Assembly: GCA_051362555.1 (NCBI GenBank)
Contig: CM120645.1
Location: 558,001 to 622,000 of the forward strand
Reading direction: 5' to 3'
From: Lingula anatina
Lineage: Eukaryota; Animalia; Brachiopoda
DNA length: 64,000 bases
The stretch's first letter is position 1; each line of letters opens with the position of its first letter. The notes under the pieces are model-generated. The model was given only the letters and a program-made list of their open reading frames with translations, made no database searches and was not told the DNA's origin. The position numbers and the translations under genes are program-made. This document shows positions 36,949 through 48,942 of the stretch, in pieces.

Positions 36949-37386
36949 GAATTCATTTGATTCGTTAATGCTGACCCATAAAGTTCTGCTGTGCCCAATT
37001 AATTCTGTGAGCTAGCCTTGAAAACCCGGGTCACTTCAGTAAATTGGCCATAATTTATTTGTTTGCCTTTATTACCCATACAAAGTATACATTTTTAAAA
37101 AGCCAATATTTTAAGCTAAATGAAAATAGAATTACATTTAAATTCAACATGCAGTATCAAGCGTTATGGCCGGTTAAAAACTACATTTTCATTTGGTAAT
37201 GGGTGAAATAAAACAAAGTTGATTTATCTTATGCACATCAATTTTTTTTATTTCTCCATACATTTACCTGAAAATTCACATAGATGATGTCAATTATAGT
37301 AACTTTCAATCCAGGAAATTTCAGCAAGTTATCTCCATTAATTTCCAAGTTATGCTCGTTTTGCTATCAGGTATACCTACTTGACC

Positions 37387-38438
37387 TTGCCTCAGTTTTC
37401 GGCCTTACAAGCTCACGGTACCCTTACCGCTGGCAAGGCCTCATAGCAGTATGTACAAAAACCTTGAGACACTTAAGTACCTCGAAATGTCCACGTTCTG
37501 ACAATCTCTGTGGGTCCTCCGATGTACCTTGTAGTATGTAAATCCAATTAAAAGTGTTTTCGTGTACCTTCAGGCACGATGTTCATAAAGTTTTGCTCTT
37601 TTTATTTCAGCTTCCTTCTGCACCGACACAACAGCACGCCATATTGTGGTACACTTGCGGAAAGGACGACCACCTTTTCAAGGTCGACCTCGAAATGGAG
37701 TTGACCTGTTTCATGTTTCAAATGTGAACTTTTAGCGCCCTCGGGTGACGAGTTGTGATAAATGGTGTTTGGTCCATGTAGGCGACCTAGCTCCAGTTAT
37801 AATATGTTTTACAAGTATTTGGCCATCCATTTGCGCTTCTGTCGAATTTGGCCTACCTTTGCCTTAAAAGCTACATGAATAAATATTTGAGAAATTTTAT
37901 AATTATAGTATTTTATAGCAATAAAAATATATTTAAAAATCATGTATTGTTTTATTTTTTATTATTAGTAGTATTATATTTTCGCTCTTAATCAAAAAAC
38001 ATACATGAATTACATTAAAAGAAAAAAAAAATTTTACTTATTTTTTCTATCAATTTCTTTATTTTTTTCCTTTTTTTCTTTATTTTGTTTATTTATTATT
38101 TTATGGATGACATGCTCGATCTCTGGTGTTCCGAACACTACTGGGAGAGGGAAAAAAATAATAAAATAAAATAAATAAATAAATAAATAAATAATCGGTG
38201 CAGAAGGAAGCTGAAATAAAAAGAGCAAAACTTTATGAACATCGTGCCTGAAGGTACACGAAAACACTTTTAATTGGATTTACATACTACAAGGTACATC
38301 GGAGGACCCACAGAGATTGTCAGAACGTGGACATTTCGAGGTACTTAAGTGTCTCAAGGTTTTTGTACATACTGCTATGAGGCCTTACCAGCGTTAAGGG
38401 TACCGTGAGCTTGTAATTAAGGCCGAAAACTGAGGCAA
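37387..38438. mobile_element. MULE/foldback-like element with about 240-bp TIRs and a 9-bp TSD
   Basis: 37387-37626 is a near-perfect inverted repeat of 38195-38438; TACTTGACC lies at 37378-37386 and 38439-38447. Confidence 0.8.
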
Positions 38439-39767
38439 TACTTGACCCAGCTTTTCAGCTCACCTGAACATCGTGGCCAGAGCTGAATAGAAGTCAAATT
38501 TTAACACCATCTATGACAAAAACATCTTTAAATGCAACGAATGCATGATGAGGTATTGGAAATCAGTGTGGTGGGTCTAGAGGACAGTGATCTGATATTG
38601 TCAATTCTCCTGAATCCACCCTGTGAAAGTAATAGCAGAATTTGTAAAAACTGCTGTTAAAATACATAGTTCAACTACAATTTAGTACATCACAGCCACT
38701 AATTGTTGATAATGCTGTGAATAGCTTAATTAATTAACCTTATAGCATAACATGCTTTAACACGTGTAATTTAAGCATAATACATATGTAACGTCGTATT
38801 AAACATAGAAATGGATAGAAATGGACCGACAAAGACCTCTAGGTAAGCATAGTAAGCCTCTCTAGGATTGTATTTGAGTTCTACATAGCAAAAATAAACA
38901 TACTTCTGCACCAGAAAGAAGTTTTATTGACTTTTCTGCTGAGACACCCATGGAGGTTGTAATCAGGTCAAGGTCGCCATTTTCAAGGTGGATTCCACAA
39001 CGAGTCTGTGCTTGGGTTGCTCCAGTAAACAGCTTTTACAAGCACAGTAAATACTTAAATTAAATAATTTAAACTACAAAGTTTAGACTAAACAACCAGA
39101 ACAGAAGCTTCAAAAATGTGTGCAACATGACAATGCAATGTGTATGTGTAATGACACACTATTGAAGACAGTTTTAAGTATATGTACTCTTTGTAACATA
39201 ACACTGGTTATGGCATAACTTATGTATGGACCATTCTCATTAATCTTAACAACTGATATTTTAGTGATACTATACTGAAATGTACATATATTTTGTGACA
39301 ATTGTCACACTGTAACATAGAATGTTGGGTATAATTCTTTAATACTTGCAAATTTTGTGCAAAATTGACCTGAGTTTTTATAACTCTGAGGCCAGAACTT
39401 CAGATTGCCAGTTAACCATACCGTTGTTAATAACCAGTTAATGATATTTCACTGGCTGGTAGAGATAAAGATTATGATAAAAATGTGACAAGTGAGTAGT
39501 TGATTTCAGTGACAGGTACATGTAAGTCAGACTTCAGTTCTAGATTTAATTACTTCTGAGATTGCTTCTGAGAGCTTATTATTGTGAAGTAAACAGTTCA
39601 TGATCAACACCTTGTTCAAATGTTCAATGTGATGATTTCTGTAAAATAATGTTAGCTAAACAGAGGGATATCTATTGAAACACGTCCAATATCAGATCAG
39701 GTCTCATGATAAGATATTTGTACCTTCACCACTTCTTTTATTGAACATTCTATCAGATATTACTTAA

Positions 39768-42226
39768 AGGACAATGTTCATGTAAAAATCCATTTCTCGA
39801 ATTTTGAAGATACAGCACTCAATCTATACACTAGAGGTATGTTTTAATCGATCCCCGCCATTTAAAAATTATAAAAACAATCTATTAGTAGAAAAAAAAG
39901 CGTTTTAGTAAACCTCACCTCAATATGCAAAAATGAAGCAACAGATCTGGGTCACGTGGTACTGTGACGACAATCACGATAAAGGTCTATGAGACTCAAC
40001 TGAGCTGCATGGTGCATACTATACAGACGTAGAAGTTAAGGAAAGTTGTGTTGAACGGAGTTGAGGAATTTTGCCTCGGTGTGTTGCCGTGGGATTCACC
40101 AAAATTGCAGCTCTCTTTGACAATCTTTCTTTGTCTGTGACGGTCTTCCGTGACTTACTAACTTCGGTGACAATAGTTGCGATGCTCTAGATCATGGTCA
40201 CCTCAGGTGGTTTAGATCATATCAAGAGCTGGTAGTCTTTCAGATTAACTGTCATCAGTTGGCAAACTTACTGATTGCTGATGCATTTTAAATGCTTTGT
40301 AGTTGACCAAAAGCTCGTTTACAACAAACCTGTTAATTATGCACCGCTGCAATTCCCAAGCCAGGTAATAACAGGTATGAAACTCGTCTTGGTGGGCTTT
40401 CATATTTTTCAATATATCTCATTTATTTCATGGGGTTATTTTATTGGTATTTGTAAATGACGTTAAATATCAATACTTAAACAATTAAGTTCAAACACGG
40501 TCGCGAACATAAATAAAAGAAATTGCTCTCAGGGTATCTTGAAGCTTCCGTGGAAGAAAACGTGTTGAGGAAAAACAGGAAAAAGAGCGTTATATTAAAG
40601 AAAAAATGGGAACTTCTATAATAAAATGGTTCGTTATCCTAATTCGTTTATGCTTTGAGGATTTGTTTCTGAAGATTATTTCATCTGAAATATTAAATAA
40701 TTTAAAAGATTGATTATTTTATAACTTGAAACGCAAATTCTGCGTCAGTACGCAATTTTTTTTTTTTTGCAAATTTGTAAGCTTATAACACCGTGCTATA
40801 AAGATCTACTCAAGAAAAAAATTTGCTTCGGTAAAATTGAGTACGGAATGAACTGGAGACACTTGGCTTGTCATTAAGTTTACACGAAAATATGTCAGGT
40901 AACTTTATACTGTCTTTGAAAGAGTAAAGATTGAAAGATAATTTTAGACAAACTTTGACGGGGGAAATACCTACAAAGAGTAATGGGCTACTTCGCCAAC
41001 ATCTTGTTGAAAATTTTACACTGCAATTCTATTCAAATAAGCTAAGGAACTAATTGCCAAATTAATACTCTCATCACATAACAGGGGGGTAACCAGACCT
41101 GCAAAAATTGTACGCACATATTTAAAAAGATTACAAGCACATACAGCAAAATGTAGACTTACGCAAAAAATGAAGGACAGCGTAATCACAGCAAATGTAC
41201 CTCATATAGTAGCTTAATTTCCATTAATAATAAAATCATCATTTAAGTCAAAAATATTCTTGCGATTTAATAACTATTTTAATTTACCCAGAACGGTATA
41301 TTTATTTTAAAGGCGGTTAACTGAAATATAGTTTTATGATTTGTTTGTGAAAATTGCCCATGTCACCCTGTTAGTTTGGAGGTCTAAGCTGGATTAAGTC
41401 CGTGTTAAAATTCCTATGAAGTTGTGCAGGAAAAATTCTTCCTTTCTTTCTCTGGCTCCTCGATAAACCTGGTGTTCAGATTTTATCTAGTACCCCCAGG
41501 TCTACGGGAGCTGCGCTTTGTAACTAACGCACAGGTAGATTTTTACCTGAGATAACTGGAGTAAAGCTTAGATAGAGAGTGCGTTCGATACAAGCAAGAC
41601 AAATTGAATGCCATTTAACCCTCTAATTAAGAGGTAAAGGAAGTTCCAGGTAGATGGATGATTAAGATAGGACTTGTAAAGGTAACATGCATTGTTTACC
41701 TCAGTTTAATAGAAGTATGCAAGACGGAGTGTCAGCGGTTTAATAAAATAAATTGAATTTCACAAATAACATGGACCTCATATGCAATAATCAACATTTC
41801 CCTTAACTCATTCAAATGCAGTGTTTTATACAACTTGGGATAACCATAATGAAATGCTTGTTAAAGAAATGACTAGACGGGAAATGGTTTTACACAGCTT
41901 CACGAGGATTTAGACCCCTCGGGTAAGAGATTTGAATGAGTATAAACTTTTATCAGAAGCCAGAGAAGTCATCTTACAGGTGGACAATGCAGCTCAGTTT
42001 GACAGCTAAGCACGCTCTGTTCTCCAGTGGCTCGATTGTCGTCATTGGACCACGTGACCACATAGCTCATTAACTCCCAGGCCGAGCAAATAGGACGTTT
42101 TTTAAAGCCAAAAATTTACAAAATGAGCTTTTAATTTGTGTATTTGGATAAAGATATCGTTAGTTGGTCATGTTTTCTGAAGAATATGTTCCGTTCAGGC
42201 CATTCTGACGGCATGAAGCAAAGCCT
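39768..42226. mobile_element. Decayed Kolobok-like element
   Basis: TTAA|AGGACAATGTTCATG ... CATGAAGCAAAGCCT|TTAA; inverted subterminal GGTCACGTGGT motifs at about 39950 and 42050; a THAP-start-like remnant (PRCVAVG) at about 40072. Confidence 0.6.
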
Positions 42227-42340
42227 TTAAATTGATAACACCTGTTCATTTTGGCAAATTAAAAAAAAAAAAAAAGAATTTTTACATACTGACTAATGGT
42301 AAAGAAATCTGACTCAACATTCAGAGTTAGTCCCTGTTTC

Positions 42341-45300
42341 TTATTGTACCACCAGCGTTAGCGCTGGCGGTACACATGGTTTTAGTCCCGTCCGGTCCGT
42401 TCCGCCGGCTCCGCCGGCTCCTGCGGCTCCGCCGCCATGTTACCGTTACCGCTTCTCCTCCTAGACGGTAAGGGCCCCCATACCCATCTCTTGGATTTAG
42501 GTCACCTATAATCTCAACTCGTTCCACGTAAAATTTGGGCCTTGTCGGTATTGGGGTCTAGGTGTGGCACTCATTGCAATGCACCTTTGTCCAAAAATGG
42601 CAAAATTAAATGCTAATTATCTACCCTACGGAAGGAATTATGGGAAAAATTTCTACAGACGGCTTTCCAAAAGTCATATGTGTAGATTTCAAATATGCCC
42701 TTGGATTTGACCTTTGACCTTTATTTCAAGCTCAAACGGGCAAAAATTTTCAAAAAAATGAATTTTTTTACGAAAAAAAATTTATTTGCGCTGTTATTCA
42801 GACACCACACAGACTCAACCAATAATATTATTGGAAAATGTTACCCTTCAGGTCATCTTTCATATGTGTGAATTTGGGGTCAATCGGTGCATTTTCACGG
42901 GTGTACCGGCCATAAGATACCAAAATTGAAAACTGTCTCTAATTCGGGAACCGTTAACGCTAGAGACCCATTCTTTTTTGCATTTTGTAGAGCATGTAAA
43001 GCCCAACACTGAAAGTGGTCTCCGTTTTTTTGTATTCCATACGGTTTTCGAGTTACGCTGTATCAAAAAGTACATATTGGTGGTGAAAGCAAAATGTGCA
43101 GTACGGTAATGGATAATAAATTTTGAACTCTGGAAAAATAAAACATAAGGCTTGGCAAACAGACAACTTGTGGTCAAAAATGACATTTTTTCATCAAATT
43201 TGAACTTCTGGAACTTCAGAGCACCTCCCATTTCAAGAATTTTGACCAAAATGACCTTTTCTTTATTTTAATTAATTTTTTCTGTAGGAAATTTATGGCA
43301 CATAAAGGTAACTCCGAAATTATAACATTTAGTCCCTTATATCTCCAAAACTGGCAGAGATAGGTCCATAGTTACTATTGAAGTTGAATAGGAAGTCATA
43401 TACTGGCAATCTTACTGTGACCTTGAAATTAACCTTTGACCTACTTTTCACCATAAATTGAACTTTGCAAATTTTGCTACCCTTTTATCTCCAAAACTGG
43501 CAGAGATAGGTCCATAGTTACTATTGAAGTTGAATAGGAAGTCATATACTGGCAATCTAAATGTGACCTTGAAATTGACCTTTGACCTACTTTTCACCAT
43601 GAACTGAACTTTGGAAATTTTGCTTCCCTTTTATCTCCAAAACTAGCAGAGATAGGTCCATAGTTACTATTGAAGTTGAATAGGAAGTCATATACTGGCA
43701 ATCTAAATGTGACCTTAAAATTGACCTTTGACCTACTTTTCACCCTGAACTGAACTCTGCTAATTTCTTTCTCTTTTAACTCCAAAACTGGCAGAGATAG
43801 GTCCATAGTTACTATTGAAGTTGAATAGGAAGTTATATACTGGCAATCTTTCTGTGACCTTGAAATTGACATTTGACCTTTTTTTCATCATGAACTGAAC
43901 TTTGCAAATTTTGCTACCCTTTTATCTCCAAAGTTACGCTGTATCAAAAAGTACATTTTGGTGGTTAAAGCAAAATGTGCAGTACGGTAATGGATAATAA
44001 ATTTTGAACTCCGGAAAAATAAAACATAAGGCTTGGCAAAGCAGGCAACTTGTGGTCAAAAATGACATTATTTCATCAAATTTGAACATCTGGAACTTCA
44101 GAGCACCTCCCATTTCAAGAATTTTGACCAAAATGACCTTTTCTTTATTTTAATTAATTTTTTCCGTAGGAAATTTATGGGACATTATGGTAACTCCAAA
44201 ATTATAACATTTAGTCCCTTATATCTCCAAAACTGGCAGAGATAAGTCCATAGTTACTATTGAAGTTGAATAGGAAGTCATATACTGGCAACCTTACTGT
44301 GACCTTGAAATTGACCTTTGACCTACTTTTCACCATGAACTGAACTTTGCAAATTTTGCTTCCCTTTTATCTCCAAAACTGGCAGAGATAGGTCCATAGT
44401 TACTATTGAAGTTGAATAGGAAGTCATATACTGGCAATCTAAATGTGACTCTAAAATTGACCTTTGACCTACTTTTCACCATGAACTGAACTCTGCAAAT
44501 TTTGCTTCCCTTTTATCTCCAAAGTTATGCTGTATCAAAAAGTACATATTGGTGGTTAATGCAAAATGTGCAGTACAGTAATGGATAATAAATTTTGAAC
44601 TCCGGAATAAGGCTTGGCAAAGCAGACAACTTGTGGTCAAGAATGACATTATTTCATCAAATTAGAACATCTGGAACTACAGAGCACCTCCCATTTCAAG
44701 AATTTTGACCAAAATGACCTTTTCTTTATTTTAATTAATTTTTTCTGTGGAAATTTATGGCACATTATGGTAACTCCAAAATGATAACATTTAGTCCCTT
44801 ATATCTCCAAAACTGGCAGAGATAGGTCCTTAGTTACTAAACTTGAATGGAAAGTCATATACTGGCAATCTAAATGTGACTTTGAAATTGACCTTTGACC
44901 TACTTTTCACCATGAGTTGAACTTTGCAAATTTTGGTTCCCTTTTATTTCCAAAACTAGCGAGATAGGTCCATAGTTACTATTGAACTTGAATAGGAAGT
45001 CATATACTGGCAATCTAAGTGTGACCTTAAAATTGACCTTTGACCTACTTATAATCATGAACTGAACTCTGCTAATTTCTTTCTCTTTTAACTCCAAACC
45101 TGGCAGAGATAGGTCCATAGTTACTATTGAAGTTGAATAGGAAGTCATATACTGGCAATTTACTGTGACCTTGAAATTGACCTTTGACCTACCTTACGAT
45201 GAACTTAACTTTGATTGTACCATTTTAAGTTATATATATTTTTTGCGTATTTTGAAAATTCTTGTTGATTGCATTTTTATAGCTTGTCAAGCATAAGACT

Positions 45301-45405
45301 GGTGGCTGTGTCCCTTATTTTGTGAATGTGAGGGTCTATACGAATGCGCTTGCTCCAGCTGGTGGTACAATATTCGGAGGCGGTATCGCCTCTCTGATCC
45401 TCTAG
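42341..45405 (+). mobile_element. Helentron-associated (DINE-1/HINE-like) non-autonomous rolling-circle element with internal tandem arrays
   Basis: 5' subTIR ATTGTACCACCAGC with an adjacent inverted repeat (GCTGGCGGTAC) and GTCC/CCGG microsatellite; 3' subTIR GCTGGTGGTACAAT; hairpin GAGGCGGTATCGCCTC; terminal CTAGT in a T-rich site. Confidence 0.8.
43030..45215. repeat. Higher-order tandem array of about 146-bp monomers interleaved with an about 300-bp block
   Basis: atctccaaaact-type starts at about 43341, 43487, 43633 and 43779. The block beginning gtta(c/t)gctgtatcaaaaagtac occurs at about 43051, 43933 and 44524. Confidence 0.9.
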
Positions 45406-46485
45406 TTATTATTGTTTTTTTTTTTCGTAACAATCTTAATAGATTACAAAGAAGTATAGACATCTGATCAATGATGGTAAGCACAGCTTTAAGGCTAACT
45501 GTAATAATTGTCCTTTTGGTGGTAAAAGAGAATTTATTATATTTCTATGAGTTATATACAATATATTTATTGTGAAATATGAATCTGATATAAAGAACTG
45601 TTATCCATTTAAACACCATTCAGTAAATTCTTTTTTTCACACCATATGGTTGTAATGCACACTGTGCATGTATACATAATGAATAACAAAACATTATTGT
45701 GAAGCCGGTGTGATGTCTATCCACTCAGGTGTCTAGATCTAGACGTGGACTTAAAGATGGGGAGGGCAAGATGGGATAGAATATCTGCTTTAAGTTTTCT
45801 GTTAAAATGCTGTGGAAGCTGTAAAAAATAGTGGTCTATGTAGGCCCAAAGAGATGATCACTGTCAGGTAATGTGCTTCATTTCTTTGACTTTGAACCAA
45901 GAACTTCAAATGCATTAAACCATTTTTGTTACATGTATAATGACCAGTTAATGATCTCTCACTGTCACTGAATATTTAAAAAAGTGGAAAACTCACCCTT
46001 CCGACAATAAAATAAGCATTAAATAACTTATCTGCAATCCCCTCACCTGTGCTTCAAGTATAATATCAGCAATGTCAAACTGTCATGGAAGCGAAATATA
46101 TTTTTCGGATGGCAAAAGGAAACGATGTTTACTCCCTCTGGCACCAAATACTTTTTGACAATTTTTCCTAGTATTAATTTTTCCTGGTATTAGCCCTGAC
46201 TCAAAGCCCCTTCAGTTAAATATTTATTAAAGAAAAAACTTACGTTATGTCTCATTCACTATATGACTGAACCACTGCAAAATATTATGGAACACACTGA
46301 AAAAAAATTAAATGACCCAGAACAAACGTAACCGTACATAAAATTTGGAACTCATGTTACCATTTCGGGTTCTTTGCATAATTTAAAGGACAAAGTAAAA
46401 ATTATTTTTTAAATTTAAATTGAGAGAGTCATGGATACACTTTAAAAAGTTTACTTAATACACATTAAAAAATTGAATACAATTT

Positions 46486-46516
<31 letters not shown>

Positions 46517-47834
46517 GGACACATCAGCATGTGAAATGCACCTCTGGTTTGGGTGTGTAAAAAAGCATGTTCATGATTTTCTGCTCAACTCAAGTGGGGG
46601 AGAAGGGGTGGGACTCATTAATAAGCTATACCATCAAGTAGTCAGTGAGTAACAACATCCACTCACAGTCTGATGAAGGCCTTTGTCCAGGTTGGTCATA
46701 AGCTTACGATATAAAAGTTTTTTTCAGCTTGTGTGTTATAACTGTGGTATATGTATATGTGTATAATTAAAAACTTTACCTGGAATGAGAAAGAAGCTAA
46801 ATAAAATGTGCGATGATACTATGATATGCAAGGGAGGGTTGGAAGTACCAGAAATAAACTTCTTTTCCCAAAGCACTGGAACTTTCTAAATAGACTTCTT
46901 GAAGTACAAAATAAGAGCAAGTGGGCAAGTGAAAAATGCATAGTTAACTGCCAGGAAGTACAGTTTAGTCCTTTGCAAAAGCCTTTAAGGTGTGTTAAGT
47001 AAGGCACTTTAATACAATCTCAGAGTGCCCTTCGCAAAAGTTACTGATTTCAAATGTGAAATATAGGAAAATACCAGCACAGTCCATGAAAAACATTCCA
47101 AAACTAATATTGTAAATTCCCATATTAGAATAAATTATACAACTTTTTAAAGACATGGCTTAAGAATGGTGAAGTTAATATTAATGAGGATTATAAATTG
47201 GAAATGCCCACTCAATTGAAACATATATGTATTTTTTTTTTATTATTTATTTTGGAGTGTCCAAATCAGGCAACTAAATGACACACTACTAGTAAAACTA
47301 TAATTCACATGAAAAATTGCACACCATAACATTTCCAATTTAATTTCATTAAAAACCTTTAATCGAACTTCAAAATTCTTATTTCAAATACTGTCTTATT
47401 GAACAAATTCTGTTTTATTTATTTTATTTGAGTATTTACTGTGCATGTGAAAGTTGTTTATTGGAGCAACCAGTACTCTCAAGCACAGACTCGTTGTGGA
47501 ATCCACCTTGAAAATGGCGACCTTGACCTGATTTCAACCTACACAAATGTCTCGGCAGAAAAGCCAATAAAACTTCTTTCTGGTGCAGAAGTAAGTTTAT
47601 TTTTACTATGTAGAACTCAAATACAATCCTAGAGAGGCTTGCTATGCCTACCTAGAGGTCTATAACGGTCCATTTCTATCCATTTCTACCCATTTCTATC
47701 CATTTCTATGTTTAATAGGACCGTACGTGGGTTTAGAGTGCATACTATTCTATCATTAAAAAAAAAAAAAAAAAAAAAAAAAACATCATTAAAATCTGTT
47801 AAAGTATTCACATCGTATGTCGTTAAATCCCCAT

Positions 47835-48610
47835 AGAGTCAGTCGGGTCAAGTTGCTGCTCATGACGTCACACACTACCCCCGCCTGCTGTAAAAAATAA
47901 AACAGAGGGAGTAACAGAGGGGTAAGTTCACAGACTTGTTATTTATCAATTAAAAACGATAAATAACGATATTCAGTTAAGACCAGTTTATCAGTATTTT
48001 TAATACACGGTACCCAGACAGTACTTTATACAAATACTTTTTATGAAGTGTGAGCCTCCTTGGAAAGTCTCAGCCGCATAATTTTTTTTAAATTCTGATG
48101 GTAAAAAATAGTCCACTTTTGTAGTTCCTGTTCCTCGATCCATGTGTTGTTGATCTATTGAAAAACATACAAAAATAATTGAGACTTTACAAAGCACATC
48201 ATCGCTTATTGTTTTATTAAGAATGTTATTTTTTAAAACTTATCAACGAATATATTCTGTTTTCTGATGCCGCCTGAAATGAAGTGAGCGCGGAGTAATA
48301 CATACCTGCCTAGAGACGATAAACATCGATGAAAGCACCTGTACGTCGTAGAACTGAAAAAGAAGGTAGTTGCCACTGACATAAATAACAGTGAGTACTA
48401 CAGTCTAGTGAATGTTGAAACTGAAAGTAACTGTTTATTTTATAATGTTTCTTTTGAACTCTCACAACACTTCTAAATCTTAGTACAAGCTTCTGAAACA
48501 AGCAGGTACCACGTCGCGGGTTCTGGGACAGTGGAAATGGACTCAAGATATTGATTTACTATTTTAGCAAAGAGAATTTGAGAATTTCACTTCCTGGCTG
48601 CCGCCATTTT
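47835..48610. repeat. Diverged copy of the repeated module from the 16-26 kb triplication
   Basis: Shares gtcagtcgggtcaagttgctgctcatgacgtca, tagaactgaaa(a/g)agaaggta, cttagtacaagcttctgaaac and gccgccattt with 20560-21420 and the other copies. Confidence 0.8.
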
Positions 48611-48679
48611 AATGTGACGGTATTGTTATGTAAACAAGCATGGAAATAAGCACCCACACGGCGGAGTTATTTTCAGCTT

Positions 48680-48790
48680 ATCATTTTGATAAGTGTAGCT
48701 TCTCCAAGTGTTAGGAGTTTATCATTATGATAAATGTAGCTTCTCCAAGTGTTAGGAGTTTATCATTATGATAAATGTAGCTTCTCCAAG
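48680..48790. repeat. 41-bp tandem repeat (about 2.7 copies)
   Basis: atcatt(t/a)tgataa(g/a)tgtagcttctccaagtgttaggagttt repeated. Confidence 0.85.
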
Positions 48791-48942
48791 AGTATATAAG
48801 GAGAGTTCATCTTGTTAAGAGATTGTCTTAGACACTGCCCCATATGGTGCTATATACCTGGTGCTGTATAGGGGAGACCGGGGCTAATTGGACCCCGGGG
48901 TAAGTTGGCCCCCCGTCAATTTATGAAAAAGTAACTACGAGG

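Larger units (their letters stand above)
38791..47723. mobile_element. 8.9-kb composite element bounded by about 280-300 bp imperfect inverted repeats
   Basis: 38791-39070 is an inverted copy of about 47418-47723 (for example cttctgcaccagaaagaagttttattg / caataaaacttctttctggtgcagaag), with TA outside each end. Confidence 0.65.

Noticed and set aside
43030-45215. CRISPR-like repeat-spacer array
   Set aside because: The context is eukaryotic, the units are contiguous tandem monomers without unique spacers, and there are no cas genes.
45729-45868. Possible internal exon (CAG|...|GTAATG)
   Set aside because: All three frames contain stops and show no recognisable homology.
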